44,718 nucleotides of DNA from an uncultured Flavobacteriales bacterium (GCA_937996585.1 CALKUW010000042.1:1-44718); one strand, 5' to 3'. Shown: positions 27,064 through 35,929, counted from the stretch's first letter. Numbers and translations are program-made. The notes: a model not told the origin generated them from the letters alone.

Positions 27064-28100
27064 CAAGCCTCTTCGAGCGCGGGCGCCTGGTCGGTTTCGG
27101 TAACGTCCTCGTTCAGAGCAGCCTTGATGCCGGTCTCCAATTCCTCCATCAGCTCGATGTTGTCTTCGAGGAGGTTCTTTACCGCGTCGCGGCCCTGGCC
27201 GAGCCGGGTCTCACCGTAGCTGAACCATGAACCGGACTTCTTGATGATGCCGAGGTCCACGCCGAGGTCGATGACTTCGCCGACGCGGGAAATGCCCTTG
27301 CCGTACATGATGTCGAATTCCGCCCGGCGGAAAGGCGGTGCGACCTTGTTCTTGACGATTTTCACCTTGGTGCGGTTGCCCATCACCACATCCCCATCCT
27401 TGATCTGGCTGCTCCGACGGATGTCGATGCGGACCGAGGAGTAGAACTTGAGGGCGTTACCGCCCGTGGTGGTTTCGGGGTTGCCGAACATCACACCGAT
27501 CTTCTCACGGAGCTGGTTGATGAAGACACAGCAGCAGCCCGTCTTGTTGATGGTGGAGGTCAGCTTGCGCAGCGCCTTGGACATGAGACGTGCCTGCAGG
27601 CCGACAGCGGAATCTCCCATCTCGCCCTCGATTTCGGCACGCGGCGTGAGGGCGGCCACGGAGTCGATGACGATGAGGTCGATGGCCCCGGAGCGGATGA
27701 GGTTATCAGCGATTTCAAGCGCCTGCTCGCCGTTGTCGGGCTGTGAAATGAGCAGGTTCTCCGTGTCCACGCCCAACTTCTCGGCGTAGTACTTGTCGAA
27801 GGCATGCTCCGCATCGATGAAGGCACAGATGCCACCCGCCTTCTGTGCTTCGGCGATGGCATGGGTGGCGAGGGTGGTCTTACCGGAGCTCTCCGGACCA
27901 TAAATCTCCACAACGCGCCCGCGGGGGAAACCGCCTACACCGAGCGCAATGTCGAGTGACAGGGACCCGGATGAGATGGCGTCCACCTTTTCGACGGCCT
28001 CATCGCCGAGTTTCATGACGGTGCCCTTTCCGTAAGTCTTGTCGATCCGGTCGAGGGTGAGTTGGAGTGCCTTCAGCTTGTCCTTGTTGTCTGCAGCCAT
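27063..28100 (-). CDS. recA: Recombinase RecA
   Basis: 345 aa. It has Walker [11 protein letters not shown] plus [16 protein letters not shown] and [28 protein letters not shown]. Confidence 0.98.
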   Translation of the reverse strand: MAADNKDKLKALQLTLDRIDKTYGKGTVMKLGDEAVEKVDAISSGSLSLDIALGVGGFPRGRVVEIYGPESSGKTTLATHAIAEAQKAGGICAFIDAEHAFDKYYAEKLGVDTENLLISQPDNGEQALEIADNLIRSGAIDLIVIDSVAALTPRAEIEGEMGDSAVGLQARLMSKALRKLTSTINKTGCCCVFINQLREKIGVMFGNPETTTGGNALKFYSSVRIDIRRSSQIKDGDVVMGNRTKVKIVKNKVAPPFRRAEFDIMYGKGISRVGEVIDLGVDLGIIKKSGSWFSYGETRLGQGRDAVKNLLEDNIELMEELETGIKAALNEDVTETDQAPALEEA

Positions 28101-28190
28101 GTTGCGCTTGTTTTCCTGTGATTCGATAGCAAAGTAGAGGCACCGGTCCGTAAGGGATTTACGTTGCCTTCCATTTTTGTGAACGGCTGT

Positions 28191-28661
28191 TCAACTTTCG
28201 CCGGCGAAGGCAGCCAGCACCTCTTTGGCGTGGTCCTTGACCTTGGGTTTGCGGATGATGGCAGCAATGGTTCCGGCCTCGTCGATGCAGAAGGTCGTGC
28301 GGTGTGTACCGTCGTATTCGCGGCCCATGAATTTCTTCAGTCCCCACACCCCGAACAGGTCCTGCAGGGCGTGGTCCTCATCCACGAGCAGATCGAAGGG
28401 CAGTTCGAACTTGTCGATGAACTTCCGGTGGGACGCAGCGTGGTTGATGCTCACGCCCAGCACCTTGATGCCGGCCTTTTCGAGGTCGGCCATGCCGTCC
28501 CTGAGGCTGCAGGCTTGGTTGGTGCATCCGGGTGTGTTGTCCTTGGGATAGAAATAGAGGACGAGCTTCTTTCCGCTGTAGTCCTCCAGACGGTGGGTCT
28601 TGTCATTCTGGTCCAGGGCCTCAAAGGCCGGTGCGGCTTCGCCAACGTTCAAATGGTGCAT
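28191..28661 (-). CDS. bcp: Thioredoxin-dependent peroxiredoxin Bcp
   Basis: 156 aa with the peroxidatic motif FYPKDNTPGCTNQAC, followed by LGVSINHAASHRKF. Confidence 0.92.
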   Translation of the reverse strand: MHHLNVGEAAPAFEALDQNDKTHRLEDYSGKKLVLYFYPKDNTPGCTNQACSLRDGMADLEKAGIKVLGVSINHAASHRKFIDKFELPFDLLVDEDHALQDLFGVWGLKKFMGREYDGTHRTTFCIDEAGTIAAIIRKPKVKDHAKEVLAAFAGES

Positions 28662-28750
28662 GTCTTGGAAACCGAAATGTGCAGGTGTGGTTCAACGGTG
28701 TGTGCAAGTTGAGCGGGAAGGGAGCGGTTCGGGTACATTCGCCTTTCGTG

Positions 28751-31198
28751 ATGTACGTCGATGTCATCCTGCCTTTGGCCCTGCCCGGGCTGCTGACCTA
28801 CGGTGTGCCGGAGGAGGATTCCGCATCCGTCAAGCCCGGCTGCCGGGTGGTCGTTCCCCTGCGCGGCAAGCGGCTGCACACGGCGATCGTGCGCAGGGTG
28901 CACGCCGATGCTCCAGGCCACCGGACGGACGATTACCTGACCCTGCTCGATGAAGCCCCTTTGATTTCGGAGCAAACACTCAGGTTCTGGGACTGGATGG
29001 CCGGTCACTATTGCTGCGGTCCAGGAGAAGTTGCCCTCGCCGCATTGCCATCGGGCATGCGGTTGGCATCCGAGACCAAGCTGGAGTTGGCACCGGATGC
29101 GGATGACCTCGACGAGACCACCCTGGATGATCGGGATTTTCAGGTGGTGGATGCCCTGCGCCTGCGTGGAGCGCTGACCTTCAAGGAGGTCGGGCAGCTC
29201 CTCGGGGTGGCCAATCCTGCCGCTGTCTTGCACCGATTGGTCGAGGCCGGTTGGGTATTGTCGACGGAGGAATTGAAATCGGCACCGCGGCGGAAGGCGG
29301 TCTCCATGGTGCGGTTGTCCGAGCGGGCGGTCAAGGATGAGCGCTGGCTGTCCGATGCCCTGGACGAATTGGATGCCCGCGCACCGTCCCAGTCGCGCGC
29401 CATGATGGCCCTGCTCGATCAGCCTTCTCCTCAAAGGGGCGTTCCCATGGCGGAATTGACGCGCAGGGAGGGCATTACCACTGCCCTGTTTCGCCGATTG
29501 ATGGAGAAGGGATTGGTCTTCACCTTCAAGCAGGCCCCTTGGGAAGTCCCCAGCGAGGAGGAGGTGGAGCCCCTGGCGGCGCTGAGCCCTGCCCAGCAGC
29601 AGGCCCTGCGTTCCACGCGGGAAGGGCTGGGTGAAGCGGGCCTGGTATTGCTCGAAGGGGTCACCGGTTCCGGCAAGACGGAGGTCTACACCCACCTCAT
29701 CCACGAGGTTCTGGACGTTGGACGGGACGCCCTTTTCCTCGTTCCGGAAATTGCCCTGACGACCCAGCTCATCGTACGCCTTCGCCGGTTTTTCGGTGAC
29801 CGGCTCGAAGTCTACCACAGCCGGTTCAGTCCCCGGGAGCGCACCTCAACTTATCGGAGGGTGGCGGCCCGAGAGGGTAGGGGGCGTCTGATGGTCGGAG
29901 CGCGCAGTGCCATTTTCCTGCCCTTCACCAACCTCGGTTTGATCGTGGTGGATGAGGAGCACGATGCCAGCTACAAACAGCAGGATCCTGCACCGCGCTA
30001 CCAGGCCAGGGATGCGGCGGCCATGCTGGGCCACCTGCACGGAGCCCGTGTGGTGCTGGGGTCGGCCACCCCGTCATTGGAGGCGCGGTGGGCCGTGCAA
30101 TCTGGACGTGCCGAACATGTTCGCCTGAGCGAGCGCTTCGGGGGTACGTCCCTGCCCGAGGTAGGGTTGATCGACTTGCGCAAGGCCCACAAGCAGCGGG
30201 CCATGGAGGGCCATTTCAGCAAGGCACTACTCGATGCACTGCGGGACACACTGGCTTCGGGCAAGCAGGCCATCCTGTTCCAGAATCGCCGGGGCTTTTC
30301 TCCTGTCTACCAGTGTCGGACCTGTGGATGGGTGCCCGATTGCGAACGTTGTGATGTCACCCTGACCTACCACAAGTTCCTGCGTGATCTGCACTGCCAT
30401 TATTGTGGATACCGTCAGGGCGAGCCCCAGCAGTGCCCACGCTGTGGGAGCGAGGAGGTAGAGGCCAAGGGGCTGGGTACGGAGCGGATCGAGGAGGAGG
30501 TAGCCGCTCTGTTTCCGGACATCGCCGTCCAGCGCATGGACCTCGATACGACCCGGAGTAGGACCGGGCACGAGAAGATCATCCGGGCGTTCGAGCGCGG
30601 GGAGATACAGGTCCTGGTTGGAACACAGATGGTGACCAAGGGGCTTGATTTCGAGCACGTGGGCCTGGTTGGGATTCTGCAGGCCGACCGCATGTTGCAC
30701 TATCCGGACTTCCGCGCGTTGGAACGCACATTCCAGTTGCTTACCCAGGTGGCCGGGCGCGCGGGCAGGAGGGGAGAACAGGGAAAGGTGCTCATCCAGA
30801 CTTTCGACCCGGAGCATTGGGTCTTCGGACACGTGGTCTCGCACGATGCCGAAGCCATGGCCAAAGCCGAAATGCAGGAGCGCCATTCCTTCGGCTATCC
30901 GCCCGTTCAGCGGCTCATCCGCCTGATACTGCGTCACCGGGATCCCCACCTTACCAGGGAGGGGGCTGCGGCACTGGCCGGACGGTTGCGCAGCCGGTTC
31001 GGTGGCAGGGTCATCGGTCCGGAGGAGCCGGGCATTGCCCGCATCAACGATCAGTATCAGCGGCACATCCTGCTCAAGTATGAGCGGAGCGTCGATGCGG
31101 GACAGGTCAAGGCAGCCATGCAGGAAGACATTGCGGCCATGCGGCAGGTGGATCGGTACCGGCCCATTCGGGTCATCGTAGATGTCGACCCATATTAA
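28751..31198 (+). CDS. priA: Primosomal protein N' (replication restart helicase PriA)
   Basis: The ORF opens at 28532. The conserved start MYVDVILPLALPGLLTYGVPEE is at ATG 28751. It has Walker A GVTGSGKTEVY and DEEH. The Cys-rich Zn motifs are CRTCGWVPDCERCDVTLTYHKFLRDLHCHYCGY and CPRCGS. Confidence 0.95.
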   Translation: MYVDVILPLALPGLLTYGVPEEDSASVKPGCRVVVPLRGKRLHTAIVRRVHADAPGHRTDDYLTLLDEAPLISEQTLRFWDWMAGHYCCGPGEVALAALPSGMRLASETKLELAPDADDLDETTLDDRDFQVVDALRLRGALTFKEVGQLLGVANPAAVLHRLVEAGWVLSTEELKSAPRRKAVSMVRLSERAVKDERWLSDALDELDARAPSQSRAMMALLDQPSPQRGVPMAELTRREGITTALFRRLMEKGLVFTFKQAPWEVPSEEEVEPLAALSPAQQQALRSTREGLGEAGLVLLEGVTGSGKTEVYTHLIHEVLDVGRDALFLVPEIALTTQLIVRLRRFFGDRLEVYHSRFSPRERTSTYRRVAAREGRGRLMVGARSAIFLPFTNLGLIVVDEEHDASYKQQDPAPRYQARDAAAMLGHLHGARVVLGSATPSLEARWAVQSGRAEHVRLSERFGGTSLPEVGLIDLRKAHKQRAMEGHFSKALLDALRDTLASGKQAILFQNRRGFSPVYQCRTCGWVPDCERCDVTLTYHKFLRDLHCHYCGYRQGEPQQCPRCGSEEVEAKGLGTERIEEEVAALFPDIAVQRMDLDTTRSRTGHEKIIRAFERGEIQVLVGTQMVTKGLDFEHVGLVGILQADRMLHYPDFRALERTFQLLTQVAGRAGRRGEQGKVLIQTFDPEHWVFGHVVSHDAEAMAKAEMQERHSFGYPPVQRLIRLILRHRDPHLTREGAAALAGRLRSRFGGRVIGPEEPGIARINDQYQRHILLKYERSVDAGQVKAAMQEDIAAMRQVDRYRPIRVIVDVDPY

Positions 31199-31226
31199 TC
31201 CCACTGATTTGGTATAATATAATTTT

Positions 31227-31328
31227 ATGCCTTATCTTCATGTCACCATGCATGACACGTGCTGCATCATCTGTTGTTGTTGTCCGACCTCCTCGGGCAA
31301 GTTGTCGTCATGTCCGGGAATGATCTGA
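31227..31328 (+). CDS. Candidate 33-codon Cys-rich small ORF (leader peptide, small peptide precursor, or non-coding)
   Basis: My own translation gives MPYLHVTMHDTCCIICCCCPTSSGKLSSCPGMI followed by a stop. It is too short for the ORF track. The AT-rich patch GGTATAATATAATTTT sits immediately upstream, and a strong terminator lies 35 nt downstream. There is no homology evidence. The (TGT)4 run could be a simple repeat. Confidence 0.3.
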   Translation: MPYLHVTMHDTCCIICCCCPTSSGKLSSCPGMI

Positions 31329-31362
31329 TACCACGCATTCCCTCCTTTTGACCTCCAACTCC

Positions 31363-31387
31363 GCCCGGCCCTGAAGCCGGGCTTTTT
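31363..31387 (+). terminator. Rho-independent terminator
   Basis: GCCCGGC-cctgaa-GCCGGGC is a perfect 7-bp G/C stem, followed directly by TTTTT. The orientation fits the plus strand only. Confidence 0.8.
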
Positions 31388-31530
31388 CGTGTCCAGAAAT
31401 GTCCTCCCCAGCCACCCCACATCCGCAGAGCGGAACCAACAAAAGTCATTCCATCCCCCAACGACCGTCATCGAAAGCCCAACCGACCCGACGGAAAATG
31501 CAACAACCAACTAACAAAAAAGCTGCCGCC

Positions 31531-32568
31531 ATGAGTACTTCCATCCTCCCCATCCTGCCTCCCCACGCGGGTGGCCAAGCTCCCCTCCGAAGTGGAAACG
31601 GGGATGCCCAACCGACCATTCACATCATTCACGAAAACGACGCCTGGGTTGTTCCGCTGCGTGCTGAACTCGACGCACGGGGACTGCCCTACAAGGAGTG
31701 GTTCATAGATGAACTCGCCATCGACCTCGAGGCCGCACCGCCCGAGGGCGTGTTCTACAACCGGATGAGTGCGAGCTCCCACACAAGGGACCACCGCCAC
31801 GCCTGGGAGGCGACCCGCGGATTGATGGCGTGGCTTGAAGCCCACGGACGGCGGGTCATCAACAACCGCCGCGCGACCGGACTCGAAGTGAGCAAGATCG
31901 AACAGACCATTGCCCTGAAGCAGTATGGACTGCTCGTGCCGCGCAGTATGGCTGCGACCGGTATCGATGCCCTGCGTGATGCCGCTGCGAAGTGGGACGG
32001 CCCCTTCATCCTCAAGCCCAACCGCGGTGGAAAGGGGACAGGGGTCCGGCTCATCAGGAACACCCACGAACTGGAGGCGGTCATTGCCGAATTCGGAGAC
32101 TACACCCTTGACGGAACGGTCATCCTCCAGGAGTACATCCGCCCGGCGGACGGGCGCGTATTGCGGCTCGAGTTCGTCGGGGGCGAACACGTTTACACCG
32201 TCAGCATCGACGCGGGCGGTGGATTCGAGCTCTGTCCGGCGGACGGCTGCCAGATCGGCAATGCCTACTGCCCGGCCGATGGGCGCGCACAGTTCGAGGT
32301 GCTGGAGGACCACAAGCCCGAGCAATTGAAGCAATGCCTCGCTTTCCTGAAGGCTTCCGGCATGGAGGTGGCGGCCATGGAGGCCGCCCCCGATGCAGAG
32401 GGCAATCTGAAGTTCTATGATGTCAACATCAACACGAACTACAACGCCGCCGCCGAGGCGCGTGCGGAGGTGAAGAGAACCGGCATGGGAGCCATTGCGG
32501 ACTTCCTCGGCCGTGAGTTGCAATCCGTTCAGGCCGCAGCGGCCCGGGCACAACGCATCGCATCATGA
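31531..32568 (+). CDS. ATP-grasp domain ligase (RimK/glutathione-synthetase-like)
   Basis: The ORF opens at 31399. Candidate starts are ATG 31531 (A-rich upstream context) and ATG 31498. The motifs are FILKPNRGGKGTGVRLI, VILQEYI, and the C-terminal FYDVNINTNYN. It also carries an unusual duplicated motif, CPADGCQIGNAYCPADG. Confidence 0.75.
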   Translation: MSTSILPILPPHAGGQAPLRSGNGDAQPTIHIIHENDAWVVPLRAELDARGLPYKEWFIDELAIDLEAAPPEGVFYNRMSASSHTRDHRHAWEATRGLMAWLEAHGRRVINNRRATGLEVSKIEQTIALKQYGLLVPRSMAATGIDALRDAAAKWDGPFILKPNRGGKGTGVRLIRNTHELEAVIAEFGDYTLDGTVILQEYIRPADGRVLRLEFVGGEHVYTVSIDAGGGFELCPADGCQIGNAYCPADGRAQFEVLEDHKPEQLKQCLAFLKASGMEVAAMEAAPDAEGNLKFYDVNINTNYNAAAEARAEVKRTGMGAIADFLGRELQSVQAAAARAQRIAS

Positions 32569-33707
32569 CGGGCGTGGTAGGCCAGGCCCACTGGCGGACG
32601 GTGCGCCAGACCCATGTTGCCGTTGTGGGCGGTGGCATCATGGGGGCCATGACGGCAGCCCACCTGATCCAACTCGGTGCCGAGGTCACGGTATACGATC
32701 CGAATCCCATGGGTACGGGGCCGGGAGCCTCGGTGGACACCGGGCGGAGTTTCCGCGTGCACTACGGGACCGACAAGGAGCTCGTGGCCCACGCCGTGCG
32801 ATGCTTCGGCCTCTGGAAGCACTGGGAACTCACCTTGGAACGCCCACTGCTCCAAGCCACCGGCAAGATGTTGCTCGAAGAGCAGGGCGACCGCCATGCC
32901 TTCGAAAGCTGGCAGACGTTGCGCCGCATGGGTTTGCCTTCGGACCGCCTCGCTGCAGGAGCCGTGGCAGCCGAGTGGCCTGGTTTCAAGGCGGGCGCGG
33001 CCACGGTTGATCGCCTCGGGGGCGTGCTCGAGCCGCACATCATCCTCGATGCACTGCACGTCTGGCTGAAGTCCAAAGGGGCGAATTTCAGGGGTGAAGC
33101 GATGGATGTGGCGACGAAGGCCGTTACGGATGCCGAAGGCGCTCGGTCCTACGATTCCGTCGTGTTGACGGCAGGTGCCTGGACGCGGCGTTTCGTGAAC
33201 GCCTCCATGGAGGTGACCCGGCAGGAACTGGTCTATTTCGACGCATCCGCCCTGGGTGCCCGACTGGAGAAGCTCCCCGTATTCAGCCACATGGAAAGCG
33301 GCTTCTATGCCATTCCAACGGCGCGGGATGGCCGCATCAAAGTAGCCAATCACCACCCCGGACCGGTGGGTCACCCTGATGGAGATGACCGCAAGGTTAC
33401 GCCCGCATTCGAGCGCGCTGCACGGAAGTTCCTGGCTGACCACCTTCCGGAACTCGCCGATGCCGAGGTGGTGCGGAGGTATGTCTGCTTCTACAGTGGC
33501 ACGGCGGACCGCGATTTCATCCTCGATCGGACGGACGAGGGCCTCATCGTTGGGGCGGGCTTCAGCGGCCACGGGTTCAAGTTCTCCCCACTTGTGGGCC
33601 GCGTCCTGGCCCAGTTGGCCTTGGGAATCCAGCCGGAAATCGACCTCGCGCGATTCGCGCTGGACCGTCCGGCCCTCCAGGGCAACCTGATGAAGGTGGC
33701 CGTCTGA
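32565..33707 (+). CDS. FAD-dependent amine oxidase of the monomeric sarcosine oxidase / N-methyltryptophan oxidase (SolA) family
   Basis: It has an ATGA overlap with the ATP-grasp gene. The Rossmann motif is VAVVGGGIMGAMTAAHL. YVCFYSGTADRDFILD aligns with the covalent-flavinylation Cys region of MSOX/MTOX, and GAGFSGHGFKFSPLVG is the family C-terminal motif. Confidence 0.82.
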   Translation: MTGVVGQAHWRTVRQTHVAVVGGGIMGAMTAAHLIQLGAEVTVYDPNPMGTGPGASVDTGRSFRVHYGTDKELVAHAVRCFGLWKHWELTLERPLLQATGKMLLEEQGDRHAFESWQTLRRMGLPSDRLAAGAVAAEWPGFKAGAATVDRLGGVLEPHIILDALHVWLKSKGANFRGEAMDVATKAVTDAEGARSYDSVVLTAGAWTRRFVNASMEVTRQELVYFDASALGARLEKLPVFSHMESGFYAIPTARDGRIKVANHHPGPVGHPDGDDRKVTPAFERAARKFLADHLPELADAEVVRRYVCFYSGTADRDFILDRTDEGLIVGAGFSGHGFKFSPLVGRVLAQLALGIQPEIDLARFALDRPALQGNLMKVAV

Positions 33708-33712
33708 TCCGT

Positions 33713-33985
33713 TCAGGTGTCCTCCTTGGTGCGCCTCGCTGCCTGCACCCAGACCCGCGCAATCACGGCCATGAGCAAGGTGAAGGCCAAGGTGCAGGCA
33801 GCGGCGTAGCCCCACGTGCCCTCGGGCTCGGGTACGTCCAGGCTGTCTGCACGCAGTTGGGCGAGCCGCATGCGGGCATTGCGCACGATGAACCAGCTTC
33901 CCCACGCGACCATGGGCGCCAACACAAGCCAGGCCTTGAACCACGGTTCATAAGCGGTGCGGTCGATGTCGGGATTGGCCTTCAT
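33713..33985 (-). CDS. Small membrane protein (two predicted TM helices)
   Basis: The start, ATG 33985, forms an ATGA overlap with the yggS stop. The protein begins MKANPDIDRTAYEPWFKAWLVLAPMVAWGSWFIV and contains a second hydrophobic segment, YAAACTLAFTLLMAVIARVWV. Confidence 0.55.
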   Translation of the reverse strand: MKANPDIDRTAYEPWFKAWLVLAPMVAWGSWFIVRNARMRLAQLRADSLDVPEPEGTWGYAAACTLAFTLLMAVIARVWVQAARRTKEDT

Positions 33986-34668
33986 CGCGAACCGAAAATC
34001 GCGCTGCCGATCCGTACCATGGTGCTGCCCTCTTCCACGGCAATGCCCCAATCTCCGCTCATTCCCATGGACAGCGTATCCCATCCCCGGTCGGAGCCGT
34101 GTTGTTCGAACAGCGATCGCAATCCCGCAAATTCCCGGGCGACCTGACGTTCATCCGACGTGAAGGTGGCCATGCCCATGAGGCCCTTGACCTCCACGTG
34201 GGGCCATTCGCCTTCATCCAATGCGCTCAGTAGCGCTTCAAGTTCAGAAGGGGACAGACCGAATTTGGAGGATTCCTGGGCAATGTGCATTTGCAGCAGT
34301 ACCGGTACCTGGCGCCCGCATTGGGCGGCGCGCTTGTCGATTTCCGCGAGGAGCCCCTGCTGATCGACGGCGTGGATCAGCCCCACGAAGGGCGCGATGT
34401 ACCTGACCTTGTTCTTCTGCAGCGTGCCGATCTGGTGCCAGACCAACCCCTCGAACTCCGAGGAGCGTCCACCCTCAGGGGCGGTCAGGACTTCGTGCTT
34501 GCCCACCAGTTCCTGGACGCGGTTTTCACCGAAGCTGCGCGCTCCGGCGGCATACGCAGCCTCCACGGCATCTACCGGTTTGGTCTTGCTCACGGCAATG
34601 ACCTCCACCGAGGACGGGACCGCTCCGCGAACCTGCTGCCATTGCCGTACAATCTCTGTCGCCTCCAT
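33982..34668 (-). CDS. yggS: YggS-family pyridoxal-phosphate homeostasis protein
   Basis: The preferred start is ATG 34668 (MEATEIVRQW). The motif VEVIAVSKTKPVDAVEAAYAAGARSFGENRVQEL contains the PLP lysine. LSMGMSGDW and VRIGSAIFG are also present. Confidence 0.9.
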   Translation of the reverse strand: MEATEIVRQWQQVRGAVPSSVEVIAVSKTKPVDAVEAAYAAGARSFGENRVQELVGKHEVLTAPEGGRSSEFEGLVWHQIGTLQKNKVRYIAPFVGLIHAVDQQGLLAEIDKRAAQCGRQVPVLLQMHIAQESSKFGLSPSELEALLSALDEGEWPHVEVKGLMGMATFTSDERQVAREFAGLRSLFEQHGSDRGWDTLSMGMSGDWGIAVEEGSTMVRIGSAIFGSR

Positions 34669-34678
34669 GGCGCAAAGG

Positions 34679-35890
34679 TCAGGATGCCGGTCCGAAATCG
34701 AAGAGGGTAAGTCCACTGCGCAACTTGGGTGCGATCCAGGTGCTCTTGGGCGGAAGGTGTCGTCCATCGTCCGCAACGGCCTTGAGCCCTTCAAAGGTCA
34801 TGGGGGGCATGATGAAGGACAGCTGGTCAGCACCTGCCGTGGCCTTGTCAAGATCGGTGATTTCCAGGTCACCCGCGATGTAGTCGAGCCGCCGATCGGT
34901 GCGGGGTTCCTGAACGCCGAAAATGGGCCTGAGCACGGCCTCTTGAAGCCACTCGGCCGCGGTCAGCCCCGTCGCTTCCATGGCCTCCCGGATATCCATC
35001 ACGCCTTCTTCCAGACCGCGAAGGGCAATCTGTCCGGCAGCGGGTGTCAAGATGCCGTCTGCGGTTTCCCATCTGACACCATCCAAGGCGCGCATCCTGG
35101 ACAGTCGTTCAGCCAGGTCGGGTAGGGCCGACAACGCCTTCAGCACACGGTGGTAGCCCCGGAAAATGAGCTGGTCGCCCGGCACGGCGATTGCCATGAA
35201 GGCATGTGAGGCGGTGTGTTCGGGATGGGCTTGTGCCATGCGGATGCTGCTGGCCACCCGGTGGTGTCCATCAGCGATGTACAATGCGTCCATCCCGCCC
35301 AGGACTTCCGCCAAGGCCTCCCGGTTTGTCCCGCGCGCGCGCCACAAGGTGTGGCGCACCCCATCGGCGGTGGTGAAATCGAAATCGAAGGGGCCGTTCA
35401 CTACGGCTGCCACTGCGGCGTCCATCGCGGCATCGGGTACATGGGCCAACAGCGTCGGCTCGGCATTGAGCCCCACATCGCCGAGGTAGGAGGCGAACAG
35501 GGCCTCACGGTCGGAGAGGGTGGATTCATGCACCTTGATCCGGCCTGCCATCGCAGCGGCGGTAGGAACCAGCCCTATGATTCCCGTGCAGGTGCCGAGC
35601 GGCCCCGTCTGTCTGAGCACGTAATATGTCGGCTCGGTATCTGCGAGAAGCCATGCCTTGGCCAAGAAGATCTCGTAGGCCGCCCGGATCGACCGCATGC
35701 CATCGGTGCCACGCGCATCACCCTCCGGGTGGATGACGTGCAGATAGCTGAAGGGGTTCCTGGACAGCTTGTCCTGTAGCTCGTAGTCGCTGTAGGTCAG
35801 GTAGCTCCGTGTGGCGACGAGATGCGCCTTGTCCGGCGGGGGCAACACACCCGCGAAGGGCTGGAGCAAAGGGGCGGGCTTCGTTGTCAT
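34679..35890 (-). CDS. DUF1015 domain protein
   Basis: 403 aa. The N-terminus LLQPFAGVLPPPDKAHLVATRSYLTYS and the motifs NPFSYLHVIHPE and LYIADGHHR match my memory of the DUF1015 family. Confidence 0.75.
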   Translation of the reverse strand: MTTKPAPLLQPFAGVLPPPDKAHLVATRSYLTYSDYELQDKLSRNPFSYLHVIHPEGDARGTDGMRSIRAAYEIFLAKAWLLADTEPTYYVLRQTGPLGTCTGIIGLVPTAAAMAGRIKVHESTLSDREALFASYLGDVGLNAEPTLLAHVPDAAMDAAVAAVVNGPFDFDFTTADGVRHTLWRARGTNREALAEVLGGMDALYIADGHHRVASSIRMAQAHPEHTASHAFMAIAVPGDQLIFRGYHRVLKALSALPDLAERLSRMRALDGVRWETADGILTPAAGQIALRGLEEGVMDIREAMEATGLTAAEWLQEAVLRPIFGVQEPRTDRRLDYIAGDLEITDLDKATAGADQLSFIMPPMTFEGLKAVADDGRHLPPKSTWIAPKLRSGLTLFDFGPAS

Positions 35891-35929
35891 TGAATCGAGC
35901 GCCCCGAAAGGTATCCGAACCGGCGGGAT

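Noticed and set aside
28101-28190. A possible recA promoter (TACTTTG on the minus strand) and a 5-bp hairpin (CGTAA-atccc-TTACG) after bcp.
   Set aside because: The motif is one spacer base short of TAnnTTTG. The hairpin is too short and lacks a T-tract. Neither is strong enough to report.
28649-31204. Minus-strand ORFs of 389 aa (28649..29818) and 325 aa (30227..31204).
   Set aside because: Both are antisense to priA, which has Walker A, DEEH and Zn-finger Cys clusters on the plus strand.
31238-31510. A 90-aa minus-strand ORF spanning the priA/ATP-grasp intergenic gap.
   Set aside because: Its G/W-rich translation mirrors the C/A-rich plus strand. It starts at a non-ATG codon, runs through the plus-strand terminator hairpin, and has no signal or motif. 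I treat it as an artefact.
32529-33944. A 471-aa minus-strand ORF across the oxidase locus.
   Set aside because: It is antisense to the plus-strand ORF that carries the GxGxxG Rossmann motif and the MSOX family motifs. It has no recognisable motifs of its own and would collide with the small membrane protein gene and with yggS.
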